Shown here in pieces: positions 1 to 8,243 of a stretch of DNA of 32,000 nucleotides. Positions within the stretch are counted from its first letter, which is position 1. The number at the start of each line of letters is the position of its first letter. The position numbers were made by a program, and so were the translations under genes. Under the pieces are notes generated by a model. The model saw nothing but the letters and a program-made list of their open reading frames with translations. It searched no databases and was not told the origin of the DNA. Source of the stretch: Candidatus Saccharimonadota bacterium (lineage in GTDB: Bacteria > Patescibacteriota > Saccharimonadia > Saccharimonadales > UBA4665); the NCBI GenBank assembly GCA_003516025.1, contig CP023991.1:691374-723373 (forward strand), given 5' to 3'.

Positions 1-766
1 GATAATATTTATCAAACTTCTTGTCGTGTAGTGACAAGACCTGGCCGGGGTTAAGCTTTAAAGTCTTGGTCAGGTTTACCGTTTTAGCGGCGTCAGTGCG
101 GTCTACTAAGATGTACTCCGTGCCGCCGGCGAACGCGTGCTGCAGCACCGCGTGCCGGTTATCGGTCGACCACTCTGTAAGCTGCCAGCTTTGTCCGTCG
201 CTATCCGGGCTGCTGATGACGCTGTCCGGTAGGGAAAGCGCCGTGACATCCTCGGTAACCGCCTTTGGATCACCCAGGTCGTGGACTTCAAAGACCTGCG
301 TGCTGCCAACCTGCTGCGTCAGTAACCAGCGCCGGTCGGGACTCTGGGTGGCTAAGCCGGGAAGCGAGCTGAAATTCTTAAGCGGCGTAGCCGTAAGATT
401 ATTCGGGATTAACAATGGGTAGTCATAGCGGACAACGCTGCCGCCCGTGACATTGACGGTGCGCTGCCATGTACGGTAGTCTTTGCGCTTGATGTCCAGC
501 TTGTAGGTGCCTTCAGCCAGCTGGAGGCGGGTATTGGTCGTGTCTTTATACTCTTTGCCATCAAGCAAAATCTGCGCGTCACCCGGCTGTGACGAGACAA
601 AGACCAGGCCGTTCTGGACAACCTGGCCGTCCTTACCCAAACCAAAGCCGTACGCCTGGTAGAGCAGGATTACGGTGGCGACAAGTATACCCAAGCCAAT
701 CAAAACATATCCGATTACCAGTCGGATCATATGCTTGCGGTGTTTACGTGGGTCGAGAAAATCCAT
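1..766 (-). CDS. PEGA domain-containing membrane protein (N-terminal part; 3' end runs off the window)
   Basis: Open to the window edge, so absent from the ORF track. Reverse-strand translation from ATG (766-764) reads MDFLDPRKHRKHMIRLVIGYVLIGLGILVATVILLYQAYGFG (basic N-terminus plus TM helix). It continues GDAQILLDGKEYKDTTNTRLQLAEGTYKLDIKRKDYRTWQRTVNV, a PEGA-type motif. No stop down to position 2. Confidence 0.7.
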   Translation of the reverse strand, partial: MDFLDPRKHRKHMIRLVIGYVLIGLGILVATVILLYQAYGFGLGKDGQVVQNGLVFVSSQPGDAQILLDGKEYKDTTNTRLQLAEGTYKLDIKRKDYRTWQRTVNVTGGSVVRYDYPLLIPNNLTATPLKNFSSLPGLATQSPDRRWLLTQQVGSTQVFEVHDLGDPKAVTEDVTALSLPDSVISSPDSDGQSWQLTEWSTDNRHAVLQHAFAGGTEYILVDRTDAAKTVNLTKTLKLNPGQVLSLHDKKFDKYY

Positions 767-907
767 AAAGAGTTACCTATATAGTACCACTAGTACCTGG
801 GCGCACGCTTAAAAAATGCTGTGTATAAATCCGCTTGCGGTTATAAAGCACAAGCGCTACTATATGTTAGAAGACCGCTTAAGTAAGTAGGACAAAAACA
901 CAGGGAT

Positions 908-2092
908 ATGGCAAACAATAGTAACACTATAGAGATTAACGGCAAGCGCTACGACGCGATCACCGGCAAGCAGCTCAGCGGCATATCTGCTCACGCAGTA
1001 CACAGTAATGCTCCGGCGAAAGGTAAATACGTAGACGGCTTCCACCGCGTCAGTAAATCAGCGGCTGGCGGCACTACCGTCCTTAAACCACTGCCCAAAA
1101 AAGCAGTGAAGACACCCGCGAAAGTCAGCACCCCTAGAGTACGTGCTACCGCGAAGCATGCTGCCGCCCATAAACCGCAGCCAGCTAAAACGCTGATGCG
1201 CAGCGTCGTTAAAAAGCCCCTGATCACCGCGCCATCGGTTATAAAAGCCCAGGCCCGGACAGACATCTTGGCTACAATCCCTCAGCACACAATTACACCA
1301 AAGCTTTCCCAGCACCTAATTAATCCGCAGCGCCAGAAAAAGGCCGCTCAAATGATCAAGAGCCCGCAGATTGCCCGTTACGCGCCGGCTACGACAGTAA
1401 AGGCAATCGCCCAGCCAGCCAACTCGCTGCATGCGGCCGTCCGGCGGCCGGCTAGGCACTCCATAGATGCCATCCAAACATCTCTCCAGCATGCCAAATC
1501 AGCTAAAGCCGTACCGGTGATACCCGTCGTGCCAACTCGTGCCACAGCTCCGAAAAAAGACATTTTCGCCGAGGCTTTAGCAAACGCGACCAGCCATGAA
1601 AACGTTCACCATACCAAGAAGGCCGCTTCCAGCCGGCGCAAGCGCCTGAGCGGCGTTCTCAGCATCGCTGTCTGCCTGTTGGTTATCGCCGGTTTCCTAG
1701 CCTACGTGAACACGCCAGCCCTCACTATGCGCGTAGCCTCTACCAAAGCTGGTTTCTCGGCAAAACTTCCTAACTACAGTCCCGCCGGATTTAATTTTGG
1801 CAATCTGAGCTATGGCCCCGGTAATGTAACCGTTAGCTATAAAGATAAAGCCGACACGGACCGCTCATACAACATAACCCAGCGGGCGTCTAACTGGGAC
1901 AGCCAGGCGTTGCTTAGCAACTTCGTGGCAACCGCCAATAAGGCTTACCAGACATACCAGCAGGCCGGCCGCACCGTCTACCTGTATGGCAATAATACAG
2001 CGACATGGGTAGACAGCGGCGTCTGGTACACCGTTGACGGTAACTCAGCGCTCAGCACTAACCAGATCCTCAATCTGGCAAGCAGCTTGTAG
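908..2092 (+). CDS. membrane-anchored protein with basic N-terminal half and DUF4367-like C-terminal domain (hypothetical)
   Basis: 394-aa ORF with a Lys/Ala/Pro-rich N-terminal half and a single TM helix (LSGVLSIAVCLLVIAGFLAYV). The ~125-aa C-terminal domain ends WYTVDGNSALSTNQILNLASSL, resembling DUF4367-type extracytoplasmic domains. Recognition is by eye and weak. Confidence 0.5.
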   Translation: MANNSNTIEINGKRYDAITGKQLSGISAHAVHSNAPAKGKYVDGFHRVSKSAAGGTTVLKPLPKKAVKTPAKVSTPRVRATAKHAAAHKPQPAKTLMRSVVKKPLITAPSVIKAQARTDILATIPQHTITPKLSQHLINPQRQKKAAQMIKSPQIARYAPATTVKAIAQPANSLHAAVRRPARHSIDAIQTSLQHAKSAKAVPVIPVVPTRATAPKKDIFAEALANATSHENVHHTKKAASSRRKRLSGVLSIAVCLLVIAGFLAYVNTPALTMRVASTKAGFSAKLPNYSPAGFNFGNLSYGPGNVTVSYKDKADTDRSYNITQRASNWDSQALLSNFVATANKAYQTYQQAGRTVYLYGNNTATWVDSGVWYTVDGNSALSTNQILNLASSL

Positions 2093-2109
2093 CATTTCAC
2101 CCCTGTTTG

Positions 2110-2118
2110 TGGCATACT
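2110..2118 (+). promoter_or_regulatory. extended -10 box TGgCATACT for gltX (leaderless geometry)
   Basis: TG at 2110-2111 and CATACT at 2113-2118, then 7 nt to the gltX ATG at 2126. No Shine-Dalgarno sequence fits in the gap. Confidence 0.4.
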
Positions 2119-2125
2119 TTGATGT

Positions 2126-3571
2126 ATGCCTGAAATACGTACACGTTTCGCTCCCAGCCCGACTGGTTATCTGCATGTTGGCGGTATCCGTACCGCCTTG
2201 TTCGCCTGGCTCGTCGCCCGGCAAACCGACGGATGTTTTATACTGCGTTTTGAAGATACCGATAAAAAGCGCGAGGTCGAAGGCGCCCGTGACCATTTAA
2301 TGGCAAGCCTGTTACAACTTGGCCTGGTCTATGACGAAGGCCCTGATATTGGCGGCCCCTATGGTCCGTATATTCAAAGCGAACGTCTGGACAGCTACCG
2401 CGCATGGGCGGGGAAGCTGATCGACGCCGGGCGGGCCTACGCCGACCCGTATACGCCGGAACAGGTACAGGGTTTCCGCGAGCTGGCACAAAAGGAAAAA
2501 CGGCCGTTTTTATTCCGCGACCACCGACCCGAGAACCCGCCGGTTTGGGACGAAACTATGCCGCTGCGTTTTAAATCGGATCCCAAGCAATACACCCGTA
2601 CTGATGCGGTGATGGGCACATTAACTACCGGCCCGGAGACGATAGATGATTTTATTCTGATTAAAAGCGACGGCTATCCTACCTATAACTTCGCGCATGT
2701 TATTGATGATTACGAAATGAAAATCAGCCATATTATCCGCGGCCAGGAATTTCTCTCGAGCATTCCCAATTATCTTAACCTGTACGAAGCACTGGATATT
2801 ACGCCGCCAGTTATGGCAACAATGCCGCACGTCCTCGGCCCCGATGGCAAAAAGAAACTTTCAAAACGAGATGGTGCCAAAGACGTCCTCGATTATATCC
2901 GCGAGGGTTATCTGCCGGAAGCACTCGTCAATTTTATAGCCTCACTGGGCTGGAATGACGGCACCGAACAGGAAATTTTCAGCCGCGACGAATTAATCCA
3001 CACCTTCAGCCTCGACCGGGTACAGCGCAGCGGTGCCCGTTTCGACGAGCAGCGGTTACTCTGGATGAACGGCCATTACATCCGCGCGCTCAACCTCGAT
3101 GACCTGTTCGGGCGCGTCTCCGCTTTCTGGCAACCGGAAGCCGGGGCGTATGGCGATGACTACAAAAAGCAAGTACTCGGCCTGGTGCAGGAACGCCTGA
3201 AATACTTCGCTGAACTGCCGGCCTTGACGCAGTTTTTCTTTACGGACCTGCCGGTTGAACCTGAACTTATCGAGGGCCATAAACAGTTGAAAAAAGTGGA
3301 CCGTGAAATGCTCCGTGAACTGCTGGTATCAGTCCGTGAAAACTTAGCCGGCAGTGACTTCAGCGTCGACGACCTGACCAGCCGGTTGAACCAGTTACTG
3401 GAGAGTAGCGGCCAAAAACCGGCGGTCCTATTTAGTCTTATCCGTATCGCTACGACCCAAGCCCCGGCAAGCCCCGCGCTGGCGGAAACGCTAGCCGTTC
3501 TCGGCAAAGACCGCAGCCTGGCCCGGATCGATACCCAGATCGCGGCTATGCAGCCCGGTGACTCGCTGTAA
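2126..3571 (+). CDS. gltX: glutamate--tRNA ligase
   Basis: 481 aa with the class I aaRS HIGH motif (PSPTGYLHVGG) and a KMSKS variant (KLSKR). Colinear with bacterial GluRS over its full length. Confidence 0.95.
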   Translation: MPEIRTRFAPSPTGYLHVGGIRTALFAWLVARQTDGCFILRFEDTDKKREVEGARDHLMASLLQLGLVYDEGPDIGGPYGPYIQSERLDSYRAWAGKLIDAGRAYADPYTPEQVQGFRELAQKEKRPFLFRDHRPENPPVWDETMPLRFKSDPKQYTRTDAVMGTLTTGPETIDDFILIKSDGYPTYNFAHVIDDYEMKISHIIRGQEFLSSIPNYLNLYEALDITPPVMATMPHVLGPDGKKKLSKRDGAKDVLDYIREGYLPEALVNFIASLGWNDGTEQEIFSRDELIHTFSLDRVQRSGARFDEQRLLWMNGHYIRALNLDDLFGRVSAFWQPEAGAYGDDYKKQVLGLVQERLKYFAELPALTQFFFTDLPVEPELIEGHKQLKKVDREMLRELLVSVRENLAGSDFSVDDLTSRLNQLLESSGQKPAVLFSLIRIATTQAPASPALAETLAVLGKDRSLARIDTQIAAMQPGDSL

Positions 3572-3587
3572 ATTATCATAAGCGAGT

Positions 3588-3615
3588 TTGTGAATAGCAT
3601 AAGCGTTGTTACAAT
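3588..3615 (+). promoter_or_regulatory. promoter: TTGTGA -35, 16-nt spacer, TGtTACAAT extended -10
   Basis: TTGTGA at 3588-3593, TG at 3607-3608, TACAAT at 3610-3615. Only 6 nt separate the -10 from the ATG at 3622. The -35 is flanked by two CATAAGCG direct repeats. Confidence 0.5.
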
Positions 3616-3621
3616 AGAGGT

Positions 3622-4953
3622 ATGATTGACGACTTTAAACGTCCGCCGGCACCAGAACCAGCGCGGACGGATTTCAATAGCTGGAGAGCGCAGCCCATCC
3701 GTATACAGCCCGAAGCAGAATCGGCGTTACCGCGACCAACAAATGATCCGGCCGACCCGTTCGCCGTCCATCCGGCGCCAGCTGCCGAACCGGAGACCTT
3801 ACCGGTACATAGCGGCCAGCCCATCACGGCAGGACAGCTCGCCGTCGATGATACCTTAGAACTGCTGCCCGAACACGCGACACCAGATAAAAAGACCGGC
3901 CTTAACGCGTTACTCGCATGGCGCCCGACTAAAAAACAGGCCATTATCATAGCCGCGGCTTTCCTTGTCCTGGCCGGTGGCGGTACCGCTTTCGCGCTTT
4001 CACGCAAAGAGGAAAAGCCGGCAGCTCCAGTGGCAGCCGTAAAAACCCCGGCACCCGCGCCGAAGCCCATCGTTTCGCCGCTTACCGGCTTGACGGTCAC
4101 AGCCGAACAGCAGGCCCGTCCAGTCACCGGCGTGATGGTTGAAAACAGTCCCGACGCCCGGCCGCAGTCAGGACTCGACCAGGCTGGCGTGGTATTCGAA
4201 GCCATCGCCGAAGCAGGCATCACCCGCTTTCTGGCCCTCTATCAGGAAACAAACCCAGGTGTCCTGGGTCCTGTCCGCAGCGCGCGGCCGTATTACCTGG
4301 ACTGGGCCATGGCGTTTGACGCCAGCTACGCCCACGTCGGCGGCAGCCCCGACGCTTTGCAGCGTATTAAGGATATCAGCGTTAAAGACCTCGACCAGTT
4401 TTATAACAGCGGAGCCTACCATCGTATATCGACCCGTTACGCTCCGCACAATGTCTACACCAGTATCGACTCGTTAACGGCCGTCGAAACCGCTAAGGGC
4501 TGGACTCAGAGCAGTTACGCGTCACTGCCGCGTGCCAGCAAAGAAGCGCCAGCCCAGACGCCAACTGCCGCGTCAATTAACATGGCGATATCCGGGCCGA
4601 CCTACAACGTGCATTATGATTACGATAAGGCCAGCAACAGTTATAAGCGCAGCGAGGGTGGAGCGGCCCATGTCGACAATGAAACTAAACAACAGCTGTC
4701 GCCCAAAGTCGTAATCGCCCTGGCCACGCCATACTCACTGATGAGCGACGGTTATCACTCGCAGTATCAGACAACTGGTTCCGGCAAGATGTATATCTTC
4801 CAGAACGGCATTGTCACGCCAGGCACCTGGAGCAAGGGACAGCCAAAAGACCAGTTCGTCTTTACCACCGACGCCGGTGATAAAATCTCCCTTAACGCCG
4901 GCCAGACGTGGATTACCATGGTCAATGACATAGGCGCGGTAACCTACCAGTAA
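3622..4953 (+). CDS. DUF3048 domain-containing protein (YerB-like), membrane-anchored
   Basis: 443 aa with a Pro-rich N-terminus and a TM helix (AIIIAAAFLVLAGGG). This is followed by VMVENSPDARPQSGLDQAGVVFEAIAEAGITRFLALY, the hallmark DUF3048 N-domain motif. Confidence 0.85.
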   Translation: MIDDFKRPPAPEPARTDFNSWRAQPIRIQPEAESALPRPTNDPADPFAVHPAPAAEPETLPVHSGQPITAGQLAVDDTLELLPEHATPDKKTGLNALLAWRPTKKQAIIIAAAFLVLAGGGTAFALSRKEEKPAAPVAAVKTPAPAPKPIVSPLTGLTVTAEQQARPVTGVMVENSPDARPQSGLDQAGVVFEAIAEAGITRFLALYQETNPGVLGPVRSARPYYLDWAMAFDASYAHVGGSPDALQRIKDISVKDLDQFYNSGAYHRISTRYAPHNVYTSIDSLTAVETAKGWTQSSYASLPRASKEAPAQTPTAASINMAISGPTYNVHYDYDKASNSYKRSEGGAAHVDNETKQQLSPKVVIALATPYSLMSDGYHSQYQTTGSGKMYIFQNGIVTPGTWSKGQPKDQFVFTTDAGDKISLNAGQTWITMVNDIGAVTYQ

Positions 4954-4962
4954 TCGCATCCC

Positions 4963-4993
4963 TTGACATAAGCGCTATTACACCCGCTGTCAA
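4963..4993. repeat. copy A of intergenic motif TTGACA-N19-TGTCAA with conserved core TATTAsACCCGCTGTCAA
   Basis: ccTTGACAtaagcgcTATTAcACCCGCTGTCAAtacc starts 9 nt after the DUF3048 stop. A near-identical copy lies at 14428-14458. Confidence 0.6.
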
Positions 4994-4998
4994 TACCG

Positions 4999-5004
4999 TA
5001 CACT
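4999..5004 (+). promoter_or_regulatory. candidate -10 box TACACT, 6 nt upstream of the 5011 ATG (leaderless geometry)
   Basis: TACACT at 4999-5004, then aagccc, then ATG. No SD is possible in the gap. Confidence 0.35.
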
Positions 5005-5010
5005 AAGCCC

Positions 5011-5382
5011 ATGATACACATTACCGACGACCAGTTTAGCGACTTTATCGATCAGGCCCTCGCCAGCCTCCCCGGCGAGCACGTCAAAAACATCCAGAAT
5101 GTAGCGATTTTAGTACAGGAAGACCCAACGCTGGAACAGCGCCAGCAGTTACAGCTGCGTAACGATCAGACCTTATTTGGCCTGTATGAGGGCGTGCCAC
5201 TGTCGCAGCGGCAGGGCAATCAGCCACTATTTCCAGACAGGATAACCTTGTTCAAAGGTCCGCTGAGCGAGGGAGTCGGATTCGAAGGCGAGCTGCTGGA
5301 ACGCATCCGCCACACGCTGTGGCACGAGATCGGCCATTATTACGGATTGGATCATAAGCGAATCCACGAGCTTGAACAGTAG
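5011..5382 (+). CDS. zincin-like metallopeptidase family protein (small HExxH protein)
   Basis: 123 aa with a C-terminal HEIGHYYG HExxH motif. Size and layout match the small bacterial 'metallopeptidase family protein' (Zincin_1-like). Confidence 0.8.
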   Translation: MIHITDDQFSDFIDQALASLPGEHVKNIQNVAILVQEDPTLEQRQQLQLRNDQTLFGLYEGVPLSQRQGNQPLFPDRITLFKGPLSEGVGFEGELLERIRHTLWHEIGHYYGLDHKRIHELEQ

Positions 5383-5383
5383 T

Positions 5384-5815
5384 TTATAAAGACCGGACAA
5401 AATCACAGAATTCGGGCGAAAATTTGTGGGCCATATTATCAGCCGCCTGCTTGGGAGCAAACCAATCATAAGATTCCTCGGCGCTGTCGGGATCCAGGGT
5501 TATCCGCGCACCGGTCGGCAGGGACACTTCGTATATCACGAATGCCAGGGGCGTCGGTACTCCGTCAACCGGGATCATAATGTTCGTCAGCATGGCGGTA
5601 AGTTGCCGCGGATCTCCGACATAACCAATGCCAATTTCTTCATGCAGTTCGCGCTGTAAAGTCTCCAGGAACGTTTCGCCGGGATCCATTCGGCCACCGG
5701 GTAAATCCCAGTGCGCGGCATTCCGGCCCCACTGCGGAATATAAACCATCAGAATACGGCCCTCTTTATCCCTGATAAGTCCCTTGATGCCAATTTGAAA
5801 GAGTTGTTCAGCCAT
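5384..5815 (-). CDS. NUDIX hydrolase
   Basis: 143 aa with the Nudix box GGRMDPGETFLETLQRELHEEIGI (GX5EX7REUXEEXGU). Confidence 0.9.
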   Translation of the reverse strand: MAEQLFQIGIKGLIRDKEGRILMVYIPQWGRNAAHWDLPGGRMDPGETFLETLQRELHEEIGIGYVGDPRQLTAMLTNIMIPVDGVPTPLAFVIYEVSLPTGARITLDPDSAEESYDWFAPKQAADNMAHKFSPEFCDFVRSL

Positions 5816-5833
5816 ATTGGCAGTATAAACCAG

Positions 5834-6817
5834 CTACGGCTTTTTTATATAGGTGCGGCGTTTTTTTGGGGCCTTACGGGCATTCTGGATTGCCCGGGCG
5901 AAGCGGCGCTCGGTATCACCATCGGCATAGCGGGCAATCGGTTCGGTAGCCAGGAGTTTGGTGCCTTTCGACTCGTCAATTTCTTTCAAGACGTCGATAG
6001 CGTAGCGCTCAATTAGCCACTCACGACCGGGCGCTGTTTCGGCGATAGCGGTGATATGCCACAGTTTTTCACCGACCTGGGCACTGGTCATGATATTAAG
6101 CGGACTGATGACCAATAAATTACCCGAGGGCAAACGACGGTTAGCCGATTCAATAAGGGTTTGTCCCTTATCGAGGTCGGTTACGAACAGCTCGATCGCC
6201 ATAGTCTTGATGCCGCGGGGCGTAATCCGGACGGCTTGAATGTTCTGGTTATTAACCCAGATAACTTCACCGGTCAGGCCACGGATACGCGTGGAACGCA
6301 GTGTCACGCGTTCCACCACGCCCTGCATTTCACCAAACGGCTCGATGCGGACGTAGTCACCGACGGCATACCACTGTTCGGCCATCATTGAGCTACCCGC
6401 GGCGATATCGCGCAGGGCAGGGCTCAGCGCGCCACCAAGGATAATAGCCAACAGGGCGCTGGCTCCAACCAGGGCGGTCGGTTGCTGGCCGGGATGCACG
6501 AAAATCCACCAGAAATAGAGGGCAAACAAGATAAAGAAGGTTCGGATGACGGCAATGGACAGTACGATAAAGGTTTCGTAGCGGCGTAGCCGGTTAACGG
6601 TTTGTAAGTTGTCGGTTTTGTCGGCCTGCTGGCCAATGGCAGCCACCACCCGGCGTAGCACTGATGCTACTAAGCGTCCTCCGGCAATCGCGATACCTAA
6701 AAAGACAATCAGTGCCAGTATGGACTGCAGGTTAAAAAACGAGGACACGATTTTTTCAAAACTGCTGCTGATATCCTTGACTGTGTTTGTGTCGGCGGCG
6801 AAATTTTGTATGTTCAT
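5834..6817 (-). CDS. mechanosensitive ion channel family protein (MscS-like)
   Basis: 327 aa with N-terminal TM helices. The MscS beta-domain signature VGDYVRIEPFGEMQGVVERVTLRSTRIRGLTGEVIWVNNQNI follows. Confidence 0.9.
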   Translation of the reverse strand: MNIQNFAADTNTVKDISSSFEKIVSSFFNLQSILALIVFLGIAIAGGRLVASVLRRVVAAIGQQADKTDNLQTVNRLRRYETFIVLSIAVIRTFFILFALYFWWIFVHPGQQPTALVGASALLAIILGGALSPALRDIAAGSSMMAEQWYAVGDYVRIEPFGEMQGVVERVTLRSTRIRGLTGEVIWVNNQNIQAVRITPRGIKTMAIELFVTDLDKGQTLIESANRRLPSGNLLVISPLNIMTSAQVGEKLWHITAIAETAPGREWLIERYAIDVLKEIDESKGTKLLATEPIARYADGDTERRFARAIQNARKAPKKRRTYIKKP

Positions 6818-6827
6818 ATTTACCCCC

Positions 6828-6837
6828 AGTATAGCAA
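6828..6837 (-). promoter_or_regulatory. extended -10 box TGcTATACT (minus strand) for the MscS/Nudix operon
   Basis: The reverse complement of 6828-6837 is ttgcTATACT. It lies 10 nt upstream of the MscS ATG (6817). Confidence 0.45.
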
Positions 6838-6842
6838 TTTTT

Positions 6843-6851
6843 TGGTATACT
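6843..6851 (+). promoter_or_regulatory. extended -10 box TGgTATACT for the CNNM operon
   Basis: TG at 6843-6844 and TATACT at 6846-6851. It sits back-to-back with the minus-strand box, forming AGTATA-N12-TATACT. Confidence 0.45.
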
Positions 6852-6899
6852 ACTGAGCATATGAATATAAAACGGGCTCGGAGATACTAAAGCCCATCC

Positions 6900-8243
6900 A
6901 TGACTGAGCTGTTGCTCCTCGCCACTGCAGTTTTTCTCATGCTCGCCTGCGGACTGTTTGTCGCCGCGGAATTCGCGCTGATTGCCGTCAACAGGCAGAC
7001 TGTCGAGCGCCTCAGCGCCAAAGGCGACGCCCGGGCCAAAGGCGTGCTGGCGGCTTTAAAAACGCTGTCAACCCAGTTGTCCAGCGCTCAGGTAGGCATA
7101 ACCATCACCAATCTGCTGATAGGTTTCCTGGCCGAACCCGCCATCGCACATCTTATAGACGGACCACTGGAAGCCGCCGGAGTGCCAGGCGGCGCGGTAC
7201 CCGGCCTGGCAACCGCGCTCGGTATAGCGCTGGCGACTGTGTTCACTATGGTATTCGGGGAACTGGTGCCAAAAAATCTGGCTATCGCCCGGCCGTTAGC
7301 TACCGCTAAATTCATACAGAAACCACTGCTTATTTTTTCAGCCGTGATGCGCGGACCCATCAAGCTGCTCAACGGTAGCGCCAATGCCGTACTGCGGCAA
7401 ATCGGCATTGAACCGCAGGAGGAGCTGGCCTCTGCACGCTCAGCCGATGAATTATTGTCACTGGTTCGCCGTTCAGCGGAAAAGGGGACTCTCGCCAAAG
7501 AAACTGCCCTTATGCTGGAACGGTCGCTTAATTTCAGTGATCTGACGGCCCTGGACGTAATGACGCCGCGGGTGCGCATCAAGGCCTTGACTGCCGGCGC
7601 CACACTCAAAGAAGCGCTCGATCTGGCACGAACCAGCGGTTTATCACGATTTCCGGTATATAACGACAGTCTCGACGACGTGGTCGGCATAGTGCACGTA
7701 AAACATATATTCGGCATCGCGCCGGAAAAGCGCGGTACGATGCCGGTACGCCAAGTGATGCGCGCTCCGGTACTGGTACCCTCGACTTTAGAGCTTGAGC
7801 CACTGCTCGAAGCCCTGCGCAGCGGCGGTTTACAAATGGCAGTGGTAATTGATGAGTTTGGCGGTACTGACGGCATCGTGACCATGGAAGACCTGCTGGA
7901 AGAACTGGTCGGTGAAGTACATGACGAACACGACCGTGGCAGGGCGATGATCCGCGAACGTAGAGACGGCTCCTGGCTGCTGTCAGGCTTGCTGCGCCCG
8001 GACAAAATTGGCGAAGAACTGGGTATTTTTCTGCCCGAAGAAGACGAAGTCGAGACGCTGGGCGGCTTATTATTCCACCATTTGGAACGGATTCCGGAAG
8101 TCGGTGACCACATATCCCTGCAGGCCATTGACCGGGACGGCACTGACGTGACTACCGTCCTAAAAGTCGAACGCATGGATGGTAACCGGGTCGACCGGGT
8201 ACAGATGATTACACAACAGGCAGCCGGCGGGGAAGCGTCATGA
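6900..8243 (+). CDS. CNNM/hemolysin-family protein (DUF21 - CBS pair - CorC_HlyC)
   Basis: 447 aa with a DUF21 TM domain (GELVPKNLA motif) and a CBS pair. The C-terminal CorC/HlyC-type domain reads ...ETLGGLLFHHLERIPEVGDHISL.... Confidence 0.9.
   Translation: MTELLLLATAVFLMLACGLFVAAEFALIAVNRQTVERLSAKGDARAKGVLAALKTLSTQLSSAQVGITITNLLIGFLAEPAIAHLIDGPLEAAGVPGGAVPGLATALGIALATVFTMVFGELVPKNLAIARPLATAKFIQKPLLIFSAVMRGPIKLLNGSANAVLRQIGIEPQEELASARSADELLSLVRRSAEKGTLAKETALMLERSLNFSDLTALDVMTPRVRIKALTAGATLKEALDLARTSGLSRFPVYNDSLDDVVGIVHVKHIFGIAPEKRGTMPVRQVMRAPVLVPSTLELEPLLEALRSGGLQMAVVIDEFGGTDGIVTMEDLLEELVGEVHDEHDRGRAMIRERRDGSWLLSGLLRPDKIGEELGIFLPEEDEVETLGGLLFHHLERIPEVGDHISLQAIDRDGTDVTTVLKVERMDGNRVDRVQMITQQAAGGEAS

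Noticed and set aside
3609-4223. 204-aa minus-strand ORF
   Set aside because: It is antisense to the DUF3048 gene. The product is Ala/Gly/Ser-rich with no motifs.
7088-8176. 362-aa minus-strand ORF
   Set aside because: It lies entirely antisense to the well-supported CNNM gene. The translation is Ser/Arg/Pro-rich low complexity with no motifs.
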